A stretch of 64,000 bases of DNA from Azolla caroliniana. Lineage: Eukaryota; Plantae; Polypodiophyta. Below the pieces are notes generated by a model. It did not search any database, was not told the origin of the DNA, and saw nothing but the letters and a program-made list of their open reading frames with translations. The DNA lies in assembly GCA_043228905.1 (NCBI GenBank), contig JBHGNT010000004.1, forward strand, positions 7,998,001-8,062,000, given 5' to 3'. The position numbers were made by a program, and so were the translations under genes. This document shows positions 39,501 to 51,355 of the stretch, piece after piece. Position 1 is the first letter of the stretch, and every line of letters begins with the position of its first letter.

Positions 39501-41152
39501 CGTGAAGTTTCTCCAAGGTTCGGGAACAGTGTGCGACCCAACACGGTTCCGACATGTTGAGATACAAGCTCAACATTGGGTGCGTAAACCGGTCCGTAAA
39601 GCAGTGTGCAAACTGGGTGCGTAAACTGGGCGCGCAATGAGAGGCTGTAATAGTGCGTAAATCGGGAGGCTGTTGGAAAGATATTCTGCGAAGGAATATA
39701 TTTTGGGAGTTAGTGTAGGGGCTCATTGATGAGCATTGAAGTACGTGTCAGTACTTCTGTCAGTCCATATGGACTTGTATAAAAGTGCTCTTTGAGCAAA
39801 TCCTATGTACAGAGCGTTATTTTCTTGGAATAGAGTTCTCTGCTCTGTCTCTGTCTCTCCCTCTTCTTCCTGTTTTCTGTGTTTCACCGAACTGTCATAT
39901 TTCCGAACTGCGTACTCTGTGTCTTTCACGCACACGCTTCCGCACGTATTCCTTTACATGGTATCGGAGCGCGAGGGTTGAGACTCCTCTGCAGCTAACA
40001 GAAAATCAAGCGATAAAGATAGAGTCAAGTTTTTTTTCGATTTTGGAAAAGATACGACAACAATATGGACAGAGGAATGGGAAGCTCGCTACCAACTGAG
40101 AAGCTCGACACGAACAAATACGCATCTTGGTCTTACAAGATGCACCAGTACCTGCTTGGTCATGGTTACTGGAGTTATGTCGATGGAGCTAATGATGCAG
40201 CACCCGAATCGACACATAGAGATTTCCTGGCCTGGGAACAGGTGGCAAGCAGAGTTCGCTACTGCTTCGCATCCTTTGTGAGTGATCAGCTTCTGAGCTA
40301 CATTCAGGATACGAAGACGCCAAAGGATGCTTGGGGAAATCTGAAAAAGATTTTCACCATGAGCACCACAGCCAGAAAGCTCCAACTGAGGCAAGAGTTG
40401 AGCAATGTTTGACAACGAGATATGTCGGTGACTGACTACAACTCCAAGATCAAGGACATTTGCAACTCTCTCGCCTCCGTTGATGTAAACATCGAGGAGG
40501 AAGAAATGGTGCAAGTTTGCCTAGGAGGGTTAGCGTCGAAGTTTGGAGCTTTCTGAACTACGGTCTGTACGAGGGAGAATACGTCGTCGTTTTCTGACTT
40601 ACAATCGATGCTCCTAGTATAGGAGAATCATGCGGGTGTGTCAACGAGTACGCACGCCGACAACAAGATGTTGTACACGGAGGAAGATGGGCCCCGTGGT
40701 CGTGGCAGACGAGGCAAGTCGGTGCACAATGGAGGCGGCCGATAGGAGCAAGATGGAAGGCATGGTCGTAATGCTAATAGTAGATCCGGACCCTCCGGAA
40801 GCAGGGGGAGTCGAGGCAACACCGGAAACTGGCAAGGGAAAATCCGCCGTGGAATGCTGGTATTATGGCAAGAAAGGCCACAGGGAGAGCGAGTGCTGGA
40901 AGAAACGTGTCGATCCAGACAAAACCGCATCTGGATCCGAACGGACCGAACAATGAAATCAACAACGATCACAGCACGCCGAGGGGTCTGAACAAGCCGA
41001 AAATGGATCGGGCTCAACCTTCGTAATGAAGCACAAGGATAATTTGATGGCGGTGAACACCTCCAAACTGAACGAGGTGTGATATGTTGACTCCAGAGTG
41101 TCAAATCATATGACGAGTCATGATGAATGGTTCTCGTAGTTGGAGAAACCGG

Positions 41153-42049
41153 TGTCGTAGTGTAGGTTGCACACTATGTGGAAATTATATTTTTGTCCCT
41201 CCGGATAGAGAATGGAGTGCTCGGTGAGAACCGGAAGAAAACGGCATACCGGCAAGGAGGAAAACGGCATACCGGCAAGGAAGAAAACGGCATACCGGCA
41301 AGGAAGAGCCGGATAAAGAGACATAAATGTAAAAAAAAAAAAAAAGGAAATACTCACTACTGCGCAAGGCGTGATTCAAACTCTGCACCTCCACGTTGAC
41401 AAACCCCAACCTTACCATTACATTAACTTATCTTAAGTGTTTTAAATATAGATTTAATACGTATAAAACCTTTATTTATGCATACCTTTATTAAAAGGTA
41501 AATCATGCATTTTTAGAGTGTGTGAATATTTTATAGAAAAAAAAACGCAAGCAACTAAAAAGTGACTCGTGCACATCTAGCGTGCATGAGCACTATATTT
41601 AGCAAATAAAAGCAAGGATTAGAAAAGCATCACATGCATATTTAGTGTGCATGAACATATTAGAAAAAAAGCATGTAGCTATGCTTAGTCTCTCCCATCA
41701 CTACATAAGGATGGGGAGCACAATGTAATAGGTGTGAAATATTTGGAAATTGGATATATTTCCGAAAACACCAACCGATTAATATAATCGTGGGATTCAC
41801 GAAAATAATATAATCTATACTTGTGGGATTCACAAGTTTCTTATATCTTTCTTTCAATCTAAATACATATTCTTATCTAAATATTGATTAATCGAATACA
41901 ATACACTCGTGGGATTCACGAAATTTCTATCTCTCTTTCTAATAATCTATTCATTACTAGCCTCATCTCATATTCTTCTTTCTCCTAGTCCAAAACCTCG
42001 GCGGTTCCCACCCGACTCACGCAACGATCCGGAGCCGAAAGGCACGACA
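41153..42049. mobile_element. Solo LTR-like insert with 4-bp TSD
   Basis: TGTCGT...ACGACA termini; TSD CCGG; removing it restores the host frame LEKPEKQGVVE; contains 3 x 23-bp repeat (41233-41301) and a tRNA-like module. Confidence 0.85.
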
Positions 42050-42283
42050 CCGGAAAAACAAGGAGTGGTCGAAATTGGAGACGACACGCCGCATACCATC
42101 GAACATGTCGGAGAAGTTCCCCTCAGCCACGTCGGGTAGAAAGGGAAACTCATGAACGTGCTACACGTCCTGACAATAACCAAGAACCTGGTGTCTGTCA
42201 GACACATCGTCGACCAGGGAGTTCAATTTACACATCTTGGTTCCTACATTGAAGAGGAAGGCAAGATAATCGAGCAAGGGCAC

Positions 42284-43015
42284 TATCGTAGTGTATTTTG
42301 TACACTACATGAAAAGCTTATAAAGTAACGTTTTAGTAAATATGAAGAAATAGAAGAAAATGTCAAAATAAATAATACATGCATAGGGCAAGATTCAAAC
42401 CTTGCACCTCCATGTTAATAATGTAATGTCTTACCGTTGCACTAGCATTTCATTAGTGTTAAAAAGTAAATGTTCCACATAGAAAGGTTAGTTCACCTAG
42501 GATAAACTTTAGTTAAAAGAAAACGCATGCTAAAAACAAAAGCTACGCATGCACATCTAGTGTGCATGAAAGCTATAGTTGATAAAAAACGCACAAGTTA
42601 GAAAAAGCATGATCACTTTAGGTTAAGCATATAGTCTATCTATAGGAAAAAGCATGGAGTCTATAGTTAGAGAAGAAAAAGCATGGATTGCTAAGACTCC
42701 CTCATCACCACAAAAGGATGGGGAGCACAATGTAATAGGGGGTGAAATATTTGGGAAATTGGATATATTTCCTAAAACACCAATTAATAAACTATACTCG
42801 TGGGATTCACGAGATTTCTATATCTTTCTCTATCAATCTAAATACATATTCTTACATAAATATTAATCAATAAAATACATTATGCTTGTGGGATTCACAA
42901 GTTTCTAATCATCTATTCATAATTAGAATCGTCTCAAATTCTTCCTCCTCCTAGTCCAAAACCCCAGTGGTTCCCACCCGACTCATGCAACGATCTTGCG
43001 CCTAAAGGCACGACA
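42284..43015. mobile_element. Second solo LTR-like insert of the same family
   Basis: TATCGTAGTG...GGCACGACA; flanks GCAC/ACGC (a degenerate GCGC TSD); removing it restores EQGRHEGRMFI; similar to 41153-42049 along most of its length. Confidence 0.8.
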
Positions 43016-45749
43016 ACGCCATGAAGGGAGGATGTTTATCCTCGAGACCAACGACGTAGGCACCACTATGTTCGCTAAAGGGTAAAAGGTCAAATCGGAT
43101 ATCGACCTGTGGCACAAGTGGTTTGGCCACATAAATTTCCCGAAGCTTCGATAAATGCAGACGAAAAACATTGTTTTCGGCTTGCCGAAATTCAGTTGTC
43201 GAAAGGGCCAAGTTTACGAAGCCTGCCAATTGGGAAAGTATCACCGACTTCCATTCCCCAATGAGCGTAACTGGAGTCAAAATCCGCTCGATGTGATCCA
43301 TTTGGATGTATGGGGACCAACACAGAACGTGAGTCTCGGTGGAAGCCGATATTTCGTGACTTTCATCAATGACTTCTCTCAGCATAGTTGGGCGTGCTTG
43401 ATCGCGAAAAAGAGCGAAGTCTTCGCATGTTTCCTGAAGGTAAAGAGCCTTGTGGAAAGGGAAACCAGACAAAAGATCAAGTGCCTAAGGTCCGTTGGTG
43501 GGAAGGAGTACTTCTCTGACCAATTCTCGAATTATCTATAGGACGAAGGAATTCAACGCGAATTCTCCTGCAGCAGAACGGCGTGGCCGAGCGAAAAAAT
43601 CGGACGATCAAAGAGGCGGCCAGGGCAATGCTCGAAGAGAAGCATATGCCAAAATTTTATTGGGCAAAAGCCATAAGGAAAACCGTTTACCTGCAGAATC
43701 GGACTTCTGCTAATGGAGGAGTGTTGCCACATGAATTGTACTTCAAGAAGAAGCCGAACTTGGCACACTTGAGGGTTTTCGGTAGCATCACGTATGTGCA
43801 TGTGCCGAAGGAGAAATGAAGGAAGTTGTATGCCAAAGCCGAGAAGTGTATCTTGGTTGGCTACTCGGACGAATAGAAGGGTTATAAGTGTTATAACCCC
43901 CGAACCAAACAAGCTCGTGTAAGTCGTGATGTTGTGTTCGACGAGTCCGCGTCGTGGTACTTGCCTTCGCCTCCAACCACAGACGACTCCATTCCGATCA
44001 CTGACGAAGAGGTCAGCGAAACTGAAATGCCTCGGGCCGAAGGAGACATCGGAGCTCCTATAGAGAGTCCGATCTCATTTAGGGTAAGTGGGCCAAATGA
44101 GCGACTGAGTCGGCATGACCAGTCAGACGTAGAGCCGACGAGTAGTGGTAAATCGGCCGTGCATTCCCCGCACAAGAAGCCGAGGAGACGGCTTATGTAC
44201 GAAGATAAGGGAAAGAAGAAGATGTCAGAGTACAACATTGATAAGGACGAGTCGGATCGAAGCGAATCCGACTCCGAGAAGAATGAAGACGGACCTCTGA
44301 AAATTAAGTCTGCATCGGCCAAGAGGGCCTCAAAATCAGCTAATGAACAATTACGCCGATCTACCTGCCAGAAGAACCCATGGTGCGCTTCGGATATGAG
44401 TACATGGCGCATCATTACGCGTACATGACGTGAGTGGCAGAAGTGCGTGAGTTGGAGAGCTACGCAGAAGTGGCAAAGGACGCAAACTAGTGTGCCACGA
44501 TGAAGGAAGAGATGTGTGCGTTATAAGACAATGAGACTTGGGACCTGGTTGATCCACCTAAAGGTGTGAAGCCGATCAGATGCAGATGGGTGTACAAGGT
44601 GAAGTACAACACCGACGGCTCAGTCAACCAATACAAGGCTTGGTTAGTGGCGAAAGGCTATGCGTAGAAGCACGACGTCGATTACGACCAGACCTTCGCG
44701 CTTGTCGGGAAGATGACCACTGTTCGTGTTCTGCTGGCCATAGTAGCGGCGAAGGGGTGGCACTTACATCAAATGGATGTAAAGAATGCGTTCTTGCAAA
44801 GTGATCTTGAGGAACAGGTGTACATGGTACAACCCCCCAGATTACTATCCGATTAGAACACCTCGGCAGTTTGCCGACTGAAGAAGTCCCTCTACGGCCT
44901 AAAGCAAGCCCCACGCACATGGAACGTGAAGATCATGCAACGTCTACATCGTATGGGGTTTACGACGTCCAAATTAGACTCTTCATTGTTCGTTTGGCAA
45001 GGTCAACATGGACCAGTTAGTTTTTGACTTTATATTGATGATGTAGTCATTGCCGGTGGCGACCTAGATGAAATTGGGCGCATAAAGTCTCAGCTTGCGG
45101 CCTCATTTGACATGAAGAATCTAGGGAACCTTCATTACTTCCAAGGGATCGAAGTGAACTGCACACCTGAAGGCATACTGATTAGCCAACCTCACTATGT
45201 GCTAAATATGCTCTTCAAGTTCAGGATGGCAGATTGTAAGCCCATCTCGATCCCTCTGGACAGAAACACAAAGCTTCACCGAGATTCGGGAAAGGCGTTT
45301 TTGTCCGTGAGCGAGTTCTCTCAAGTGAAGTGGAACTACGATATGTTTCGATTGATCGGCAGGTGGCGAACATCTTCACCAAATCTCTCAGCCTGGACAA
45401 GGTGTAACAATTCTTGAGCATGCTTGGCATACAACACATCGACATGCTGAACTTGAGGAGGAGAAGTGAGAGCGAGAGCGAGAGAGATGAAGTAGTCCGA
45501 AAAGCCGAATCGGATGTGAAAGTCGATTTTGGGATGGGTGAAGAAACCAAGGACGAATGCATGGGGTGTGGCCAAAAGAATGAGCCGGAGTCGGAGCCAA
45601 CCGAACAAGGGGGAAGTAGAGCCGAGAAAAGTGAGGCAAGTGGTAGAGCCAAGAAAGGTAGAGTCGTTCTGAAGGTAAAGGCCAAGACTTGGATGTGGTC
45701 AGACGTGGTGAAGCTTGGGATAAGAAGAATCAGAGACAAACATCGGGTC

Positions 45750-48114
45750 ATTTGAAAGAGGTAATATGTCGCATTCTCTTTTTCATATCTTAGTGAGATG
45801 TTAAAAAATGCCTTATTTAAGCAGAATTTCAAAAAGGCACGACGCATGTGTAGGTGGTTTATGAAAACATAGCGAAAAATAGAACTAACTAATATCATGT
45901 CAACAAAATCATCCGACGTATATTCTATGTACCATGTTTTTGTCCAAATCTTAGACAAGGGTATATTCATCAATGCAAGTATAATAGTAACACGAGTCCT
46001 TGTGCATATTCTAAAACGCATACCACACTGAATAAGTGACTTCTTCTAATTATGTGTGTATATTTATATATAATATATCTTAAAGCAAATTGTGAACCTT
46101 ACAGTTAAGAGATACTGTTATGTCAAGAAAAAATTTCCATTGACACGTGATACATGACACCATCAATGTATAAATAAACTAAGTCTACAATAACATTCCA
46201 ATCATACGAGTAAATGATAGAGTATAATTTTATCTCCCAAATACCCCAAACGATAAAGGAGACCTTAGACAACATGTACACATACAAATTATACTTAATC
46301 TCTAAGTTCAATGAGTGTTACACGAAAGTTATAAATAAGCTCAACTTATATATTACGTAAAAATTTAACAATTCATATTGTTCAAATTTTACAATAAGCC
46401 ATATCCATTCAATCGAATAATAAGTCTGGTAAAGCCGTCTCTTCAAGATTAGCTCTGTTATCAAAATTGTCTTCATTGGCTTCGTTGGTACGCTAAGTTG
46501 AATCGTTAGTATGTTCAGACTCTGACACGTCTTCTAATTCAACAAGGTTCCCTGCTTCTTCATCTATAGGTTCCATAGGTTCTCTAGAAGTCATCTGGAA
46601 CATCTCAGTTTCAATGATATGCTTTGCCCCAACTTCTTGGTCTTGATCAAAATAACTTGCTCAGGGTCCTTCACTAATGCAACAGGGTTCCTGAACATCT
46701 TTAAGGCACATGTTGTAGTAGTATATGACAATAGAATGAAATTGCACATGTAACATCAAACTGAAGAATAGACTATAATGTTACACTAAATAGATGTGAT
46801 AAGTTTTATATACCTATGTCGGAAAACAAATCTAAAACCCATTGAAAATTTGAAAAAATAAAAAAACTTGGATTTTCTACATTGGATTCTAGTTGAAAAT
46901 CCAAGTTTTTTTTAAATTTTAGATTTTGTAAGTCTTTTCCATAAAAAAAAATGGATTTTTAGCTAAAATACGATGCACTACATTGTATTTTAGTCTATAC
47001 TACTAGAATCCAATGCAATGCATTTCATATGTATTTTTATTTATTTATTTATATGCATTTTCTTTTTTCAATGTAATTTTATTTATTTATATATTTTTTC
47101 CATATAAAAAATAATAATAAATGTCTTTTCAACTAAAATCCAATGCACTACATCGGATTGTAGTCTATACATCTAGACATTGATGCAGTGCATCAGATTT
47201 TAGCTAACAATCCCTTTCTTTTCAATTGTTTTTTATTTTTTCAACAAATAAATAAAAATATTTTTAAAAATGGTTTTCCAACTGAAATGTGATGCACTGC
47301 ATCGGATTTCAATTGAAAATCCAAATTTCTTTTAGTTTTTTCATAAAACAATGAAATAATAATAATAAATATTGCATTTAAAATGGAAATCCGATGCATT
47401 ACATCAGATTTCAGTTGAAAATCCAGGATAAATGAAAAAAATAAAAGAAAAATCTTGGATTTTCAGTTGAAAATGATGTATTTTCAACGGAAATTTGATG
47501 CAGTGCATTGGATTTCTGTTAAAAATATATCATTTTAAATGGCCAAAACTGTCAGGAATAGTACTAAAGCAGAGATGGAATTAGTACTAAAGAAGAGCAG
47601 TACTATTAGTACTAAGAGGACGGGATTGCATAAGATTCTCGAGAGAGGAAGTGAGAAGAGGAGAGAGAGAGAGAGATAGCGAGAAAGAGAGAGAGAGAGA
47701 GAGATAATGATAGCAGCTAATATATTATGTGAAAAGATAAGTACAAAGTGGCTAAGAGGCTTAAGACTGGCGTTGGAACCAATTTGGTTCAAAACAATTC
47801 CTTGTGCCTCCTTTTATAGTGTTTTTAGGAATAATCCTAAAGCTTCTAGAATGTTCCAGAGAGATCTGGAATATACATCAATTTTCTATGATAAAATATA
47901 AATGAAAATAATATCTTACAAATTACAATTCATAGTCTAATGGTAAGAGCTCGACCCATGTAGCATAAGGTCATGGGTTTGAGTCTTGCCATATCATGAC
48001 ACAAAACCCATGATTTTTTTATTTTTAACATTGTTTTTATGGAAAAAATAAGAAAAATAAGAAAATTTCAAAACAAAAGAAAAAGAGGATTTTCAACAAG
48101 AATCCGATGTAGTG
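45750..48114. mobile_element. AT-rich segment, possibly a decayed DNA transposon with palindromic subterminal-type repeats
   Basis: Recurring AATCCGATGCACTGCATCGGATT-like palindromes at ~46860-47520 and ~48100; only weak hAT-like peptide hints on the minus strand. Confidence 0.35.
47550..48001 (-). mobile_element. Solo LTR of the Tcn1-like family at 17927
   Basis: TGTCAGGAA...ATCATGACA, colinear with 17958-18396; flanked by CAAAAC on both sides. Confidence 0.88.
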
Positions 48115-50313
48115 CAAGTATTTATACAAGTTCCGAGATTGAATATCTCTAGAATATACTCGAGAAGTATCTCTAAAATATACTCGTCTAGAATATATCG
48201 TACAATATTTCTAGAATATATTAACGACTAGAATATTCTGATTTTGAAATGTACAATACGCTAGAATATAGAATACTAAACCATTATATACAAACACATG
48301 CTTATATCAAAATGGTTGAGCATGACATCTTGTTGATGTGAGGTTGTAGGTTCAATCCTTACCAACTATGTATTTCACGTCACTGTGTTGTGACATTATC
48401 CTCCTCTTTACGACTGAATTTTTGAAAGCGTGATGTAGGGGTGAGCGGGAAGTGGAGCACCAACGGGTGTGAGAAACCATGTGTTTTCCTCATTGGAGAC
48501 ACAAACACCAAAGGATGTGAGCGACCATGTGCGGTACTCATCAAGAACATGAACGGGTGTGAACGACCATGTGGTCCTCACTAGGAACTAGAACATGAAT
48601 GGGTTGTGAGCGACCATGCAGTCCTCACCGGGAACTGGAACATGAACGGGGGGTGAGCGACCATGCGGCCCTCACTGGGAACTGGAACACGAATGGGGGT
48701 GAGCGACCATGAGGCCCTCACCGGGAACTGGAACACGAACGGGGGTGAGTGACCAAGAGGCCCTCACGGGGAACTGGAACATGAATGGGCGTGACCGACC
48801 ATGTGTGGTCCTCATTGGGAACTGGAAGAACAACGAGCGAAGGAGTGCAAGCGAAGCGGTCGACTCGACTTTTTCTATCATGAGAGGGTATATAGTCGAG
48901 GTTGATCCAAAACACGACACAAATGGTAGCCCTACCAAGTAACCGACGCGATCCCCACTAGGAAAGTGAGTAGTTGTGAACCCCACCGAAACTAGAAGGT
49001 GAGCGATCGAAATCAATCCTCGTCAAAAGAAAGTGGAGTGAAATGTAGACCAAAATGAAAAATGGAGTGCAAGTGAGCAACGATTTGATCCCCACTAGGA
49101 AAGTGAGCGGTTGTAACGCCCGATGGAAATGGGAAGGTGAGTGATCAAAAGTGATCCTCGCCAAAGGAAAGTGGAGTGAAACTTGAACCGAAATGAAAAT
49201 GGAGTGCAAATGAACAATGATTCGATCCCCACCAAGAAAGTGAGTGGTTGTAACCCCCACCGGAATTGTGAAGGTAAGCGATCAAAATCAATCCATTTGA
49301 TGAAGACAACAAGAGATGCTTAAAATGATGATGTCGAAAACATGAAGACGATGATGATGAGTAAGCGTCTCTAAAACCAAGGATGTTGATGACGGTAACT
49401 CTAGAATCAAGGATTATGACGATGGTAACTCTAGAAGCAAAGGCGATGACGAAGATGGGTGATGCTTCCAGTTGGAGGGGATTCAAACTGTCATGGACAC
49501 ACCAACTGCGGACTCGGATGGAGCACGGAAGATGAGGTTCAAAGCGTCGAACTTAAGAAGCTAGGAACGACACAACAACATGAAGACAGAGATGAATAAC
49601 GAGACAAGATGGAATGAAACAAGAATACTACATTGATGTGTCAATGACTAGCGTTGAATCCCTTGAAAGGGACCAAGGAGGTTACAAGTATTTATACAAG
49701 TTCTGTAAAAAGTAGCGTGCGGAAGCAAGTATGAAGACCGAATAGAAGGAAGAAAACTCAGGTTTAATGGAGAGCTTGAGCTTACGCAGTATACGCAGGA
49801 GAGACAGAGAGAGAACACAAGAAAAATATTCAACGATAATACTCAGTCTGTACATAAGACGTGCTCAGTGAACACTTTTATACAAGTCCTAGAAGGACTG
49901 ATCGAAGTACTGACAGTACTTCAATGCTCATCAAGAGCTCCTACACTAACTCCCAAATATATTCCTCACGGAATATCTTTCCTAACGACCTCCCGGTTTA
50001 CGCACTCGGCCTAACCGATCGCTCCCAACCGATCCGATCCTCGGCTTCTTCAGCCGATTCGGCCGATGTTGAGCTTGTCTCTCAACAAGTTCCAAGATTG
50101 AATATCTCTAGAATATACCCATCTAGAATATATCATACAATATTTCTAGAATATTTTGATTTTGAAATGTGCTATACAGTAGAATATAGAATACTAAACC
50201 ATTATATACAAATGCATGCTCATCTCAAAATGGTTGAGCATGATATCTTGTTGATGTGAGGTTGTAGGTTCAATCCTTGCCAACTATGTATCTTATGTCA
50301 CTATGTCGTGACA
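48115..50313 (-). mobile_element. Non-coding (TRIM-like) LTR element
   Basis: 5' LTR 49489-50313 (TGTCAT...GTGACA, interrupted by a solo LTR); truncated 3' LTR 48115-48395; PPT next to 48396; interior made of 46-bp and 137-bp tandem repeats with no retroelement domains. Confidence 0.8.
49704..50087 (-). mobile_element. Solo LTR (same family as 19098 and 39555)
   Basis: TGT...AACA termini; TSD AGTTC. Confidence 0.9.
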
Positions 50314-51355
50314 GACGGATCGACTGAAGAAGCCGAGCACCGGATTGAATGGAGACCGATCAACGTGGAGCCGGTAGACCATTGAGACTGATATTCCTCA
50401 TAGGAATAATTTTGGGAGTCAGTGTTAGTAGATCATTAAGGAGCTTGTCAGCCTATTCTTAGGGATTGTATTTAAAGTGCTCCATGAGCACTTTTGTATG
50501 TACAGAGTGCTATTATTTTGAACATAAGTTTTGTTGTCTGCTCTCTCTCAATCTCTCTCTCTCATACTATGTACTCCATTATCTGTGTATACTTATCTAT
50601 TATATTTCCAGATAACCAATTGTGTACCTTGTGTTTTGCACAATGCTTCCGCACATCATCTTTATAGGAAGGTTGCCTTAGCTCCACATATTTATAGAAG
50701 GAATAAATTATTATTATTATATAATAATAATAGCAGTTAATCGGTCGACTGGTCGACATGACTATCTGACCCACAAGTCGACCGTGTCGTCGATTAGACT
50801 AACCGATGCCTATGTCGACTATCCAGTCAGTTTGACTAGTAGACTTTGTCATCAACCATCCGGTCAGCCCGACTAGTCGTTCTTGTCATCGACCATCTAG
50901 TCGGCCTATCCCTCACGTGGTTCATCAAACCAATAATGTCGACCTCCAAATAGATCGATCCCCAAATCGTCTCTCTCTAGTCGATTCGGACGACCGACCA
51001 GATTTTGACTACCGATTCTCCCAATCGATAACCGACTTCTCCCATTAATAGGGACAGAATCCTTACACTCCATAGGGTGGGGTGGTAGGCTTTCCCATTC
51101 ATGTAGTTGATTGAAATCTAGGCTCGGCAAGCTAGGGGGGTTTCTCGAGTTGTTCTTGGTGTCTGAGCTCTATATATTCTTCAACCCTTTTCTTCCCCTC
51201 AAGCCGGTTTGGAAAGATGGTGAGGTGTGTTGATAGTCTTGCTTTGGGGATGGTAGTTGCTTTTTTGGACTTGCCTTTGTGTTTTGAATGTCGTTGGGAA
51301 GACCTTGTCGAAGTATTCTTCCTTGGGTGGGGGGAGCTCTTGTTCGTGACACGAG

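Larger units (their letters stand above)
39555..45750 (+). mobile_element. Decayed Ty1/copia 'C' nested in the RT of copia A; 3' LTR not found
   Basis: LTR 39555-39958 (TGT...ACA), PBS TGGTATCGGAGC, gag from ~40075 (CWYYGKKGH), integrase ~43020-43950, RT ~44500-45297, short RNase H end. Confidence 0.85.
25345..50666 (+). mobile_element. Decayed Ty1/copia 'A', interrupted several times
   Basis: 5' LTR ~25345-25715 plus 30671-30690; degenerate tRNA-iMet PBS TAGTATTAGAGC at 30691; gag 30785-31217 and 36583-37090; integrase ~37200-38060; RT ~38700-39554; similar partial LTR at 50314-50666. Outer TSD not verified. Confidence 0.7.
25143..51067 (-). mobile_element. Copia-type solo LTR split in two (25143-~25345 and ~50667-51067) by ~25 kb of nested insertions
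   Basis: Left end TGTTGAG, right end GGGACAGAATCCTTACA; TSD CTCCA on both sides (25138-25142, 51068-51072); the halves resemble the left and right halves of the LTRs at 35956 and 60993. Confidence 0.75.
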
